A DNA stretch of 63,641 nucleotides, the filler included, from Octopus bimaculoides (lineage: Eukaryota): assembly GCF_001194135.2 (NCBI RefSeq). It is 4 parts of 4 records of this genome, joined end to end, with 100 filler letters (N's around TTAATTAATTAA, not from the genome) between each part and the next. Parts side by side here need not be neighbours in the genome. Positions count along the whole stretch, not along the records: positions 34,479 to 63,641 come from NC_068999.1; 3 more parts are not named here. One strand, given 5' to 3'. The notes beneath the pieces are model-generated. The model was not told where the DNA came from, did not search any database, and saw nothing but the letters and a program-made list of their open reading frames with translations. The position numbers and the translations under genes are program-made. Of the stretch, positions 38,203-51,917 are shown piece after piece (within the stretch, counting starts at the first letter, position 1; every line of letters starts with the position of its first letter).

Positions 38203-38396
38203 ATTTTGGTACAAGGCCTGCAATTTCGGGAGAGAGAATAATTCGATTACATCGATTCCAGTGCTCACCTCGGACAATTTTATCGAATCGAAAGGAAGAA
38301 AGGTGAAATCTACCTTTGTAGAGCTTGAACTCAGAACATAAGGACGGACAAAATATCGCTAAGCATTTTGCCCTGTGTGCTAACGATCCCGCCAGG
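38203..38396 (-). mobile_element. SINE family A, diverged
   Basis: Antisense head (GCTAAGCATTTTGCCC..GCTAACGAT) and core. Confidence 0.7.
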
Positions 38397-38723
38397 TGTT
38401 AGAATTTAAAGACACGACTATGTTTCAGTTTAATAATCTTTATTACAGATTTTTAATATTTCCTTATGCGTCTGTTGTGTTTAACTTCGAATAATTGCAA
38501 ACTAATGGACTTGAAGATTAGACGGTAATGGATGCTGGAAGTCAGTGGGTTGGTCGTGGTGGTGTTATCGATAGTGGTAGAATATATGTAGTGGTGGCGT
38601 TGGTGGTGATAGAACTGGTGGTAGTGTTGCTAGATTGAGATGTAGTGCGGTAGAAATATAGCCATAAACATTAGGAGAATTGCCAGAGCCAGTAGGCGTT
38701 GAAGAGAGGAGTGAGATTAAAAC

Positions 38724-38730
38724 ACACGCA

Positions 38731-38762
<32 letters not shown>

Positions 38763-39112
38763 CACACACACATACACACACACACACACACACACGCACA
38801 CACACATACACACACACATCCATGTGCTTGCATTTATGTGTGCGTGTGTATATATATGCGTGTGTGTGTGTGTGTGTGTGTATGTGTGCATATATCTATA
38901 TTATGTATGTATATAAATATGTATGTATCTGTATGTGTGATTGTACATATATTGTGTGTATATTGTAAGTGTAAATATATATCCTTGTATGTATATATGT
39001 GTGTGTATATCCGTATTATATGTATATCTGCTAATAGATATATGTATTTGTGTGTGTGTATATACATATATATGTATATATACACACAACCTCCCCACAC
39101 ACACACATACAT

Positions 39113-39181
<69 letters not shown>

Positions 39182-39260
39182 GACACACACATAAACACAC
39201 ACACACACACACACAAACACACACGCACACATATATGGTTGTCTATTATACATACACGCA
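38724..39260. repeat. Compound (CA)/(TG)/(TA)/(CACG) microsatellite block
   Basis: Seen directly. Confidence 0.95.
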
Positions 39261-41086
39261 CAGGGGAGAGAGGGTGACAGCGAGGAAGAGATATAGGGGC
39301 GTAGCGAATATAGTTATCACAAGCGGTCCAGTTTATTAGATTAACCGACTAAGAAACTTATAACAACAGTGGGAATCAAATTTCTAGTTTACACAAACCG
39401 TTCTTGTTTCCTTTCTTTCGTTTTGTTTTGTTTTGTGTATTGACGGTTATCTTCAATAAGGCATTTGTTGACAGAACCTACAGGTAGTTGGACATGTCGT
39501 GTTTTAAAACCAATTAGCAGTGGAGTCTGTATTAATTTCTCTCGCCACAGTACAACAACTTGATGAGGACTTCAATCGTGAACTCTCTTCCTGGGCGGAT
39601 TCTTTCACTTAATTGTTATTAATATTCTTCGCTCTCACACTCCTGTTCCTGGTGGACTGCTAGAAACGTTATACCGTAACACTTGAATATATCGCTTGCT
39701 TAACAGAATTTCATTTTGTCTCTATAAATACAGATTTTGAATTCTGTCTGGGATCTACATTGATTCGTATCTCTAAGATGGGAAATTTTAAAAATAAAGT
39801 GCCGGTAATATCCTTCTGAAGGTGGCGTGCTGGAAGAATCATTAGCACGTAAGACAAAATTGCTTAGCAGTATTCCTATCGGTTCGTTCAAACACATGTT
39901 CAAAACTTGCTGACGTCATCTTTGCTTTCATCCCTTTGAGGTCGATGAAATAAAGTATCAGCTAAATATTGAAGCTGTAGAAATCAAAATTGCTGGCTTT
40001 GAACCCAGCAATAGGCCGGCGTTCTGTTGAGAAGAAATGCTGTGATCTCAGTCACTGATACGCCATGGAAACCGAGTAACCGGTCTTATGAGTCCTAGGG
40101 ACCGAGACAAGAAATATCCCTCTCATATAAACTTGTAACCCTCCCCTGAATTCGAATGAATGTGGATTAACAGAAACAGAAGAGGAGTAGTTCAGATTTG
40201 AGTAAATTAAAGTTTAAAATGTTTATTTCCATTGTATCGAAGTCCTACTTTGAAATGCAGCCAGGTTCAACGTTTTATGGTATTTACTCAGACGAAAGAG
40301 AGTGTACCTCTGACCCCCTGAGATCCCAAGGATTAGTGAAATCGATGTGGCTGATATGATGTGTTTTAGCATTTTGGTGTCTTTAACAGTGTCCACTCAG
40401 TTGTAGACATTAAGGTCAAGTTTTCGATCTGAGTATTATCTTCTCAATAGTCTTGGAGGTACTTAAAATGTCATGGATGCTGCATTTTCCTTCACTTAGC
40501 CAGCAAAAATGTCCGATAACCATTTGTTCATATTATCACATGGCGCATTCACTGAAATAACATAGCCTTGACTTTTGACACTATTATTATCCAGACTGTT
40601 ATGGGGTCTAATTCGCGGGCAGATCGTTTTAGATCACGTATATAGATCTATGTAATAAGTGAACATAGCGTGCACTTATTATCCATGATGCCTCATGACA
40701 CATTCGCTGGCCAAATACAGCCTTAGCTTTTGGAACAACTATCATTCATACAATCACCTGGCCCTCTGAACACGTGACCACGTTCAACTAACAAAACTGT
40801 ACCCCTAACTAATAGCAATTCAAACCATAATCTCTTCATAAAATGGATCAAATTTTCAATCTCCATTTAGATTCGAGATAAATAGGGTATAGCACCAGGT
40901 CCATCCACCTCCCTCAATTTTTGATAATCATGGAACTACGAAACTAGTTAAGTAAATGTCAATACATTTTTCTAAAGTGCATTTTCAACATTTTTTATAA
41001 TTCTACGGGTGTGATAAAAAAAAAAAAAACTTTTCCTTACACACGCATACATATACATAAGTGTATGTATGTATGTATGTATGTAT

Positions 41087-41199
41087 GTCATTATTCAGTT
41101 TTATTTCAAGATTTCTAACCAATAGAGAAAGAGTCGGTTTCTAACCTACATCCAAGAGTCTTTCATTGGAATTTCAACATCAACAACAGAATATTTTTG
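41087..41199 (-). mobile_element. About 110-bp R4/Dong-3'UTR-related element, copy 2
   Basis: Reverse complement of 16338-16447 with the same CAAAAATA start; (TATG)n on both sides. Confidence 0.65.
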
Positions 41200-43034
41200 T
41201 ATGCATGTATGTATACGTACAGATTTGTATACGTACAGATTGTATACGTACAGATTTGTACGTTTTATTTTATGTGTCTTCTCATGCATATACTGGCATA
41301 TCCAAACATGCTCATATATGTATATATGTATGTACCATGTATGTATGTACGTACGTATGTATGTACGTACGTACGCATGCATGTACGTACGTATGTATGT
41401 ATGTATGTATGTATGTATGTATGCAATGCCAGGTTCCTTTTAGTAATATGTAATCCAGTAACATGTAACTCTGTACAACCTACCGCATTGTCAGACCGTC
41501 GGCGACTAAATCGGCAGCCCTTCCAGGCCTGCTTGGTAAGGAGGGTGGTTTTCGTTGGACATCCCGCAACACGAAAAACAAAACATGTCAAAGAAAAGAT
41601 GAACTCAGTAGAATCAACAGCCATCCAACATCTGGGAATGAAAAACCCTTAGCCTTTCTATAGCGATTTCTCTAGAAGGTAATTCCAAAATAACACTCGC
41701 CTCATTGCGAAACCGGAGATGTAGACTTATTGGCTTTGCAAGCGGGAATCTTAGCGGCGTTGTGCAAGCCATTATTGACTTTAAACTTAAGCGTGGGCCT
41801 TGATGACAGGCATTGTGGTCAACATCTCAGATAAGTTAATTTGTCAGTGACAGCCATACACGTCTCCGAATCGTATGTATGTATGTATATGCATATGTAT
41901 ATGCGTTTTTCTATGTATGGATCAGTCAATTTTTTGCTTGCATTTTGTTCACAAGCATATACCCATGAGATGTATTCTCAACAGTGTTGCTGGAGGTTTT
42001 GCATTCATGTTGCAATTATAACAAATACTAATAAAAATAATCATGATAATAATAATTATTATGATTATACTTGTTAATATTCGTCGTTAATTATTCATCA
42101 TACTACAGGTGTGTTATCAGTCACTTCCAATCTGCCACATTCACCTCAGTATTAATATCAATATAGGTTCATTCATCATAATTTTATTTTGACGTTTATT
42201 ATCATTTGTTTCATCTAAAACCCATGGGATATTACACAGGATATTCTATATCGAACAGCGATATTGATATTATGTATGTATGTATGTATGTGCGTATGTA
42301 TGTATGTATGTATGTATGTATGTGTGTATGTATGTATGTATGTGTGTATGTATGTATGTGTGTATGTATGTATGTATGCATGTATANNNNNNNNNNNNNN
42401 NNNNNNNNNNNNNNNNNNNNNNNNNNNNNNNNNNNNNNNNNNNNNNNNNNNNNNNNNNNNNNNNNNNNNNNNNNNNNNNNNNNNNNNNNNNNNNNNNNNN
42501 NNNNNNNNNNNNNNNNNNNNNNNNNNNNNNNNNNNNNNNNNNNNNNNNNNNNNNNNNNNNNNNNNNNNNNNNNNNNNNNNNNNNNNNNNNNNNNNNTTAT
42601 GTATGTATGTATGTATGTGCGTATGTATGTATGTATGTATGTATGTATGTGTGTATGTATGTATGTATGTGTGTATGTATGTATGTGTGTATGTATGTAT
42701 GTATGCATGTATATGCATGTATGTATGTGTGTATGTACACATACATACACGCACCGACAGACAAACACACACGTTTATATATACATATATTGATTTGGTA
42801 GAAAAAAAGAAGGAAAAGTTCGACTCGTGTAGTTTTTTTTTCAATTTCTGCCAATGCACACACACACGCACACACACACACGAACACACACACACGCACA
42901 CACACACACACACACATTGTATATGTTGTGTGTACATGTTTATGTGCGTGGATATATATTTATGATTGCATATATATATGTGTATGTGTGTGTGTGTGTG
43001 TGTATGTAAGCTTGAGGGTATAACTGTACGCACA

Positions 43035-43077
<43 letters not shown>

Positions 43078-43078
<1 letters not shown>

Positions 43079-43299
43079 ATTTCTTTATTGTCCACAAGGG
43101 GCTAAACATAGAGGGGACAAACAAGGACAGACAAAGAGATTAAGTCGATTACATCGACCTCAGTGCGTAACTGGTACTTAATTTATCGACCCCGAAAGGA
43201 TGAAAGGCAAAGTCGACCTCGGCGGAATTTGAACTCAGAACGTAACGGCAGACGAAATACCGCTAAGCATTTCGCCCGGCTTGCTAACGTTTCTGCCAG

Positions 43300-43300
<1 letters not shown>
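43078..43300 (-). mobile_element. SINE family A embedded in (TAC)n
   Basis: Near-complete copy; duplicated essentially identically at 43368-43592 across a short N gap. Confidence 0.9.
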
Positions 43301-43348
<48 letters not shown>

Positions 43349-43591
43349 NNNNNNNNNNCTACTACTACTTATTTCTTTATTGTCCACAAGGGGCTAAACA
43401 TAGAGGGGACAAACAAGGACAGACAAAGAGATTAAGTCGATTACATCGACCTCAGTGCGTAACTGGTACTTAATTTATCGACCCCGAAAGGATGAAAGGC
43501 AAAGTCGACCTCGGCGGAATTTGAACTCAGAACGTAACGGCAGACGAAATACCGCTAAGCATTTCGCCCGGCTTGCTAACGTTTCTGCCAG

Positions 43592-43649
<58 letters not shown>

Positions 43650-43729
43650 TGCTGCTGCTGCTGCTGCTGCCGATGCCACTGCAGCTACTGCTGCTGCCGA
43701 TGCCACTGCTGCTACTATTATTCTTAATT

Positions 43730-44030
43730 ATATCGGTAAGTGGTAACATTACTAGAATGCCATAACAATCACGTGATCATGTGATCGGCTAGACTATCAG
43801 GTATTGTTACACATCGCTGGTCACAATGCACCTTGCATCATTTTAGCTTACGAATGACGCCACCCCGCTGGCTAGACAAGCAAACCGACATTTCACCCCT
43901 CATCAAAAGAGGGACTGGAGCAACGTGAAATGAAGTGTTTTGCTCAAGAACACAACGCACCGCCCAATCTGTCAATCGAACCTACGAACTACCGATCACT
44001 GAGTGCAACACACTTGCCACAAGGCCACGC
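43730..44030 (-). mobile_element. SINE family C
   Basis: GACTGGAGCAACGTGAAATGAAGTGTTTTGCTCAAGAACACAACGC, as at 24585-24630. Confidence 0.65.
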
Positions 44031-44370
44031 AGCATATTAACACCTTGCTATATTTAGCTCCACCGTTTATCTGTCCATTGTTCAAATCTGACCAATGTTA
44101 ACTTTCTCTTTCATTCTGCCAGGGTTCGATAACATAAGTAGCAGTCTATTACCGGCATCAATTAAACTCGCTACACATCTCACCCCTAACCCCCACCCCT
44201 TCAAAAGGAAAATATGTTGTTTTGTTAATGTTGCCACCTGTTGTTTCTCTTACTAAGGCCAGACATCGTAAACCCAGCCGAAAGGGTCAAAAACGTCTTG
44301 TAGCGTTTAGTCATGTCTGGGTTTAATCAAGTATGAATGCATCCAATAAAATAGGTATACTGGTGTCAAA

Positions 44371-44435
<65 letters not shown>

Positions 44436-44514
44436 GTCTCTTTCTCTTTGTCTATTGCTCTAGATCACAACTTGTCGCCATTAAATTGTACGGTGAAAAT
44501 ATCTTTCTTTATCC

Positions 44515-44900
44515 TATTTCACTCACTGAACTGCGGCCAAGCTGGGGCACCGCCTCGAAAAGTTTAGTCGAACAAACCGACTCCAGTACTTGATGTTAAG
44601 CCTGGTGCTTGCTCTATCGGCCTCTTTTGCTGACATCTATGTTATGGAGATGTTAACAATACAACAGCGCTTGCTAAACTGTGGCGTGGACAAACATAGC
44701 ACAAACATAAAAACTAAAAACATAAATTTATACATACACCTACATACACACATATACGACAGGCTTCGGTTCAGTTTCTGCTTACCAAATCCATTCCCAA
44801 AACTTTATAGTAAAACTTTGATACTGAAGTTGCAACGCAATGGGTATGAACTCAAGACCACATGGTTGGCAAGAAAGCTTCTCAGTCTTACAATCACGCC
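44515..44900 (-). mobile_element. SINE family B, diverged
   Basis: ACTGCGGCCAAGCTGGGGCACCGCC..CAAATCCA..ACATGGTTGGCAAG. Confidence 0.75.
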
Positions 44901-44914
44901 CATCTCTCATTATT

Positions 44915-45125
44915 CTTTCTAATTTTAGTACAAGGCCAGCACTTTTAAGGGGGGGGGGTAGTAGTCGATAATATTAACCCCAGTGCTCAACTAGTAATAA
45001 TTTTATTGATTCCGAAAGGATGAAAAGCAATGTCGACCTTGGCGGAATTTGAACTCAGAACGTAATGACGGACGAATTACAACTAAGCATTTTGTCCGGC
45101 GTATTAACGATTCTGCTTGTTGGCC
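44915..45125 (-). mobile_element. SINE family A
   Basis: GAAAGGATGAAAAGCAATGTCGACCTTGGCGGAATTTGAACTCAGAAC. Confidence 0.8.
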
Positions 45126-45825
45126 GCTTTACGCCTGTCTCTAATTATGTTGTAAAGTCTGAGTTACTTATTAGCATTGCTGCTGCTGTTGTTGCCTTTT
45201 CACCACAGTTATCCCTGAATTTCTGTTTTAACCAGAGTTTATATTATCTATTTAAGAAGTTAGGATTTGATCAAAAAGAGAATTGGCTACTATTTTTAGC
45301 AGTTTAAATAGCCGTAAGAGGTTTCTTTGTAACTAGACAACAGATTTTTTCATCATGTTGGTTTTTTGAAAAATGTTGTTTAATTACAATTAGCTCTTAA
45401 TTAGTTTATTAACAGACGGCAGTTAATTGGCTTGTGGAGTTCAATGTGTGGTTCAACAAAAGTTCACTAATTCGTTGACGTATCTGTGATTGCGTATGTG
45501 TAGGTGTCTGTGTATGTATGAATGTGTTTTGTTTGTGTGTTTCGTGCAGATTATGATAAATTATTACCACATTCTTTAATATAACTGTGACAGCATTGTC
45601 CTATATGTCCTTCCTTTTTAAAACAGCAGGGAGCAATGTAAGTGATCTTCGGCTTCTACTTCTAGTCAGTAGAAGGACCATGCAGAGAGTTTGTATGTCA
45701 TTCCAACTAGTTTCGATATGGCTGTTGTTGAATAGCTTTTTCAGAGGATATGCCTAGCCGTAGACTACGATTAATTTCCAAAGATCTTTTGTCTGATCAT
45801 GTTACATGGAAATTGTTACGGAATA

Positions 45826-45834
45826 ATAATAATA

Positions 45835-45892
<58 letters not shown>

Positions 45893-45933
45893 GGATGTTG
45901 ATGAGGATGATAATGATGATGATGATGATGATG

Positions 45934-45970
<37 letters not shown>

Positions 45971-45975
45971 TGATG

Positions 45976-46024
<49 letters not shown>

Positions 46025-46026
46025 TG

Positions 46027-46078
<52 letters not shown>

Positions 46079-46158
46079 TGATGATGATGATGATGATGAT
46101 GTTGATGAGGTTGATAATGATGATGATGATGATGATAATAATGATAGTAATAATAATA
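45826..46158. repeat. Compound (GAT)n/(AAT)n microsatellite
   Basis: Seen directly; source of the poly-D/N/M/I pseudo-ORFs. Confidence 0.95.
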
Positions 46159-46752
46159 GACTGTCCAGTCCTTGCCAAATTTGAATATATATACAGACAC
46201 GACCGAGAAAGTAGTTATATCCTCTGGACAATATGCCAACACCACAACATTGAAACTAAAAATAGGTGGTATAAACATGTGCCAAACAAGGTAAAAGACA
46301 AGGATGAAGCTACAATCATCGGGGATATGAGCAAAAACGTAGAAGCTATACCTAGATCCTCGACACTACACACTATCCAAAAAATAGCCCTGCTAGAAAC
46401 AGCCCACATCCTATGCAAGACACTATTAATTTAATAATACAACCTAAACAAAACAACCCACAAGCACAAGACACACTCTATACAGCAATCATACGGTGAA
46501 ATAAACTTCCACCAGCAAGCTAAAGAACCAACGTATTATATACTCTAAACACAATACAAGCCGTGATACAACAAATGACTGCAACATACCTCAAGAGTAA
46601 AAAAGAACTGACGCAATACAATGCCGAGAAGAGTTTGCATACTCTCAACAGTAGAAAAGAACACACGACGCTGAACACACTCCAGCAACATGGAGGTGTA
46701 GCAGGTGATGCTGCAGAAATTTGCCTGAAACTACCAAATGCTGAACAATTAT
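46159..46752 (+). mobile_element. Internally deleted R4/Dong-like element in (TAA)n
   Basis: DCPVLAKFEYIYRHD..YILWTICQHHNIETKNRWYKHVPNKV..ATII|GDMSKNVEAIP..IQKIALLETAHILCKTLLI*; (AAT)n on both flanks. Confidence 0.8.
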
Positions 46753-46774
46753 ATAATAATAATAATAATAATCC

Positions 46775-46927
46775 TTTCTACTATAGGTACAAGGCCTGAA
46801 ATTTAGGAGAGGGGATAGTCGATTACATCGACCCCAATACGCAATTGGCCCTTATTTTATCGACTCTGAAAAGATGAAAGGCAAAGTCAACCTCGGTGGA
46901 ATTTGAACCCAGAACGTGAAGACGGAC
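46775..46927 (-). mobile_element. SINE family A, partial
   Basis: GATGAAAGGCAAAGTCAACCTCGGTGGAATTTGAACCCAGAACG. Confidence 0.8.
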
Positions 46928-47150
46928 AGCAACCTGTCGTCAAATGTATCACATGGTCTTTCAGCATCACTTTCTAAGACGTTAGGCATCGTGGATGATA
47001 CTCAACACCCAAGTACCAATCTAAAAAATCCTAGCTGTCCTCTATAGAGCAGTTTTTTTAAACTACTCTATCCTCATGTCAATTTCAACTTCTCCGACAT
47101 CTTTTTCGAACTTGGCTGTTAGTACTCCGAACGCCCCTACAACTACTGGG

Positions 47151-47234
<84 letters not shown>

Positions 47235-47239
47235 TTATA

Positions 47240-47672
47240 TAAGGCGGCGAGTTGGCAGAAACATTAGCACGCCAGGCGAAATGCTTAGAGGTATTTCGTC
47301 TGCCGCTACGTTCTGAGTTCAAATCCCACCGAGGTCGACTTTGCTTTCATCCTTTCGGAGTCGATTAAATAAGTACCAGTTACGCACTGGGGTCTATATA
47401 ATCGACTTAATCCGCTTGTCTGTCCTTGTTTGTCCCCTCTGTGTTTAGCCCCTTGTGGGCAGTAAAGAAATAAGAAACGTTAGCACGCCGGGCGAAATGC
47501 TTAGCGGTATTTCGTCTGTCTTTATGTTCTGAGTTCAAATTCCGCCGAGGTCGACCTTGCCTTTCATCCTTTCAGGGTCGATAAATTAAGTACATGTTGC
47601 GTACTGAGGTTAATCTAATTGACTGGCCCCTTCCTCCAAAATTTCAGACCTTGTGCCTAGAGTAGAAAAGAC
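47240..47672 (+). mobile_element. Two tandem SINE family A copies with different 3' tails
   Basis: Head AAGGCGGCGAGTTGGCAGAAAC..GAGTTCAAATCC; second copy starts at about 47474; tails TTGTCTGTCC..GAAATAAG versus CCTCCAAAATTTCAGACCTTGTGCC. Confidence 0.9.
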
Positions 47673-47674
47673 TA

Positions 47675-47713
47675 TCATTATTACTATTATCATCATCATC
47701 ACCATCATCATCA

Positions 47714-47765
<52 letters not shown>

Positions 47766-47824
47766 CATTATTATTATTATCATTATCATTATTATTATTG
47801 TTATCATCAATATCATCATCATCG

Positions 47825-47876
<52 letters not shown>

Positions 47877-48168
47877 TATTATTATTATTATACCCCCTCA
47901 TCTGAAGCCCTTGTGACAAATAAAACAAAGCACTATTTTCGTTGTTGTTGTTGTTGTTACCGAGATCATTCATTACCATTGTTCAAGCAAAATGTTTTGC
48001 GCTATGTACTTACTACACCTCAAAATTTCCCGTCATCTTCATCACCAACATTATAGTCATCGCCGTCATCATCAGAAACACCATTACTTTTATTATCATC
48101 GTCGTCGACGACGTCGTCATCTCTGTCGTGATAGTTATTGTCGTCGTCGACGCTGATGTCCTCATCAG

Positions 48169-48202
<34 letters not shown>

Positions 48203-48260
48203 GCTGTGGTTGTAGTTGTTGTGCCTATCGGCGGAACCACGATAATGGTTAATGAAGACG
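47675..48260. repeat. (ATT)/(CAT)/(GTT)/(CGT) trinucleotide repeat complex
   Basis: Seen directly. Confidence 0.9.
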
Positions 48261-48317
48261 AATGAATGTATTGCATGGCGAGTCAATCTATCATTTATTA
48301 TTATGATTATCGAACAA

Positions 48318-50103
48318 TTTACTTACCTACCAACCTATTTACCTACCTAAATCCATCCATCCATCCACCCATTCATCTATCCATACATACATACATACAT
48401 ACCTGTATGTATTTGACTGCCTACACACTTACCTACCTAGCTGCATACTAATCTATCAAAATGCCTACCTGGCCCTTTACCTACCTACTCACAAACCTAC
48501 CTACTCACAAACCTACCTTTCCCATCCACATTTTTATCTACTTACTTACCAATGAATCTACCCACGTGCTCACCTGAATATCTGTTTACACATCTACCTG
48601 TCTACCCACTATGTACTATATATATCCACCTAGTTCCTTACTAACTAATAATTTACCTGTATATCTACCTACCCGATTACCTTTCTAACTACCAATTTAC
48701 CAATTTACCGGTATACCAATCAACATATCTACCTACATGCATAACAACTTCCTCCTTGCATATCTATATTTCCACGAACTTATCTATCTACCCACCCACC
48801 CACTCGCCCACCTCAGCAGTTATCTGCCTACTTACAAGCATATCAACCTACCAATTCAACCATCCACCTACCAAACCACCCACCTACCTATCCGTCCCAC
48901 CCACCTACCAATCTACCCACACAATGGCTTACTTACCAATTTTTGTACTTTCTCACGTACGTACCAATCTCCCCATCCAACTACTTACCCAGCTACCTAC
49001 CTACCTACCTACCTACCTACCAACCTACCAACCAACCTACCTAGCTCCCTCTTACCTATCCACCTACATAATTCCTTCCCTTTCTATCCACCACCTACCT
49101 ACAGACCTACCTACATAACAACCTGCTATCTATTCACTATACACCTACGTGCTTACCTATTTATCTGTCTACCTTTTTACCAAATTACTCACTTACCCAT
49201 CTCTTACGTACCCACCTATATGTCTACCTACCTATTAAACTAACTACTTCATTTCATACCTACTCTCCTACATACTTACCCACCTATATACCAATTTACA
49301 TGTCCATCTACCCACCTACCTACCAATCTCCCTGCATCATACCTACCCATCTTTATACCTAACTCCTTTCCTACATACCTACCTATATACATAGGTACAC
49401 ACCTCCATAGGTACAAACCTAAACATCTACCCCACTTTCCTTTCTACCAGCCCAGTAACTCACCAATCCACCTATTTTATACGTACCCACGAGCATACCC
49501 CATTATTTACCCACCTACCTATCTACCTACAGAACTACATCTACCCACCCGCCGACATCGTTACCTACCTGCCTATTTATTCACATACTTACCTATTTAC
49601 CTACCTCCCCACCAACATCATTGTCTACCAATCTATCTATTTACCTATCTACCCATTTGTTTACTTAACTATTTACCAATATATCCTCAGTGTACTTACT
49701 TACGAACCTTCTACCTGCCTACAAATCTATTTATCAACCTATCTGCCGATTTATTTACCTACCTATCTACAAAATCCCTGTAAACATACACATCTACGAA
49801 TCCTCTACCTGCCTACCCATATACCTACCTACCTACCTACCTACTTACCTACCTATCTACCTACTTACCCATTCCACAACCTACCTAATTCATACCTACC
49901 CACGTACATACATACATACATACCTCCTTACCTGCTTACGTATACCTACCTCCTTACCTACACATCTACCTCACACTTGCCCACATGCATAGATACATAC
50001 CCACCATTCTAACTACCTACATGTCTACGTTCGTACGTACCTACCTGCCTACCTACTTACCTATATATTTACCTACCTACATACCCACCTACCTCTTACC
50101 TAG
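48318..50103. repeat. About 1.8-kb degenerate (CCTA/CTAC)n satellite
   Basis: ACCTACCTACCT-derived, C-rich and nearly G-free on the plus strand. Confidence 0.9.
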
Positions 50104-50946
50104 CAACGCTATTATACATCAAAACTAATCAACATTCTGTCACAAGTTCTAATTGCTCGCCTGTACTTATTGCTTTGCACCCAAATTGAATGGCGATTAC
50201 TTTCCACTGGTTCTCCAAGCAGAAGAAAGACAGAAAGCCACCATAATTAGCCCTTCTTATATTTAAGGGGGGTTAATTGGTGAAAAGTCATCAATTCATT
50301 TGACAACTCAAAACTCATACACTGTATATAACAAACACCACCACCACCACCACCACCACCACCACCACCGATGCATCAATGCCACCACCACCATCACCGC
50401 CACCTTCGCCGCCACCGCCGCCGCCACCACCACCACCGTAACCACAATCTCTGTGTCGTTCCTTAACTCATTTTCTATTATAGTTCTTCATTGCTCTCTC
50501 TCTCTTTCTTTCATTGTTTTCCTTCCTTTCTTCCTTTCTTTTTCCTCTCAGTTACCATTACACTCTATGTATATAAATATATGTTACACGCATACACACA
50601 CACACATATTACATATATATAACTTGTTTGTGCATATAAATGCATACACACGCATATATGCATGTATAAAGATATGTATATAAATATATCTATTTCTCTC
50701 TCTCCCTCTATCTCTCGTTCACACGCACATGCACTCACACACACACACTCTCACACACACACACACACACACACACACCAACTATGTAGGTATATATACA
50801 TACACACATGTGCAGGCGTATCTGTGATTCTATTGCTGAAACCTCTGCTTCGTTGTGATTTGTTCAAAATTTCCACTTTTGAGTGTGTGTGAGTATGTGT
50901 GTGTGTGTGAGTATGTGTGTGCATGTATGTGTGCGTGTGTGCGTGC

Positions 50947-50977
<31 letters not shown>

Positions 50978-51520
50978 CACGTATGCGTGTGTCTGCGCGC
51001 GTAAATTGCAAGTGCAATGTATGTTTAGAGTAGCATGTTCAAATATTAAGAAGATAAGCATTATGGAATGAATGCTAACAGAGAGGGAGAACGATGATGA
51101 TGATGATGATGAGGAGGAGGAGGAGGAGGAAGAAGAAGAAGTAGAAGAAGAAGAAGAAGAAGAAGAAGAAGAATGGGAGGGGAGGAAGAGGAGTGTTGTT
51201 TCATTTACATATATATTATAGTGTAAGGGTTGTAGTTTTTATCATTTATCCTGNNNNNNNNNNNNNNNNNNNNNNNNNNNNNNNNNNNNNNNNNNNNNNN
51301 NNNNNNNNNNNNNNNNNNNNNNNNNNNNNNNNNNNNNNNNNNNNNNNNNNNNNNNNNNNNNNNNNNNNNNNNNNNNNNNNNNNNNNNNNNNNNNNNNNNN
51401 NNNNNNNNNNNNNNNNNNNNNNNNNNNNNNNNNNNNNNNNNNNNNNNNNNNNNNNNNNNNNNNNNNNNNNNNNNNNNNNNNNNNNNNNNNNNAACAAACA
51501 CAGGCACAAAGATACACTTT

Positions 51521-51602
<82 letters not shown>

Positions 51603-51604
<2 letters not shown>

Positions 51605-51916
51605 GGAGTGGCTGCGTGGTAAGTAGCCTGCTTACCAACCACATGTGAGTGGATTTGGTAGACGGAAACTGAAAGAAGCCCGTCGTATATATGTATATGT
51701 ATATATATGTGTGTGTGTGTGCGTTTGTCTGTCCCCCCAACATTGCTTGACAACTGATGCTGGTGTGTTTACGTAAAATACCGGTTCGGCAAAAGAGTCC
51801 GATAGAATAAGTACTAGGCTTACAAAGAATAAGTCCTGGCGCCGATTTGTTCGACGAAAGGCGGTGCTCCAGCATGGCCGCAGTCAAATGACTGAAACAA
51901 GTAACAGAGTAAAGAG
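51603..51916 (+). mobile_element. SINE family B (internal deletion in head)
   Basis: AGGAGTGGCTGCGTGGTAAG..GGCGGTGCTCCAGCATGGCCGCAGTCAAATGACTGAAACAAG. Confidence 0.85.
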
Positions 51917-51917
51917 A

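Noticed and set aside
43040-43640. Apparent tandem duplication of SINE A
   Set aside because: Essentially identical copies on either side of a short N gap; most likely unmerged contig overlap (same pattern at 42264/42597 and 56197/57028)
45750-46278. Poly-D/N/M/I/H ORFs (also YIYI, VCVC, HTHT, poly-L/V ORFs elsewhere)
   Set aside because: Translations of simple repeats
47240-47330. tRNA gene
   Set aside because: A/B-box-like head continues into SINE core and tail; no cloverleaf
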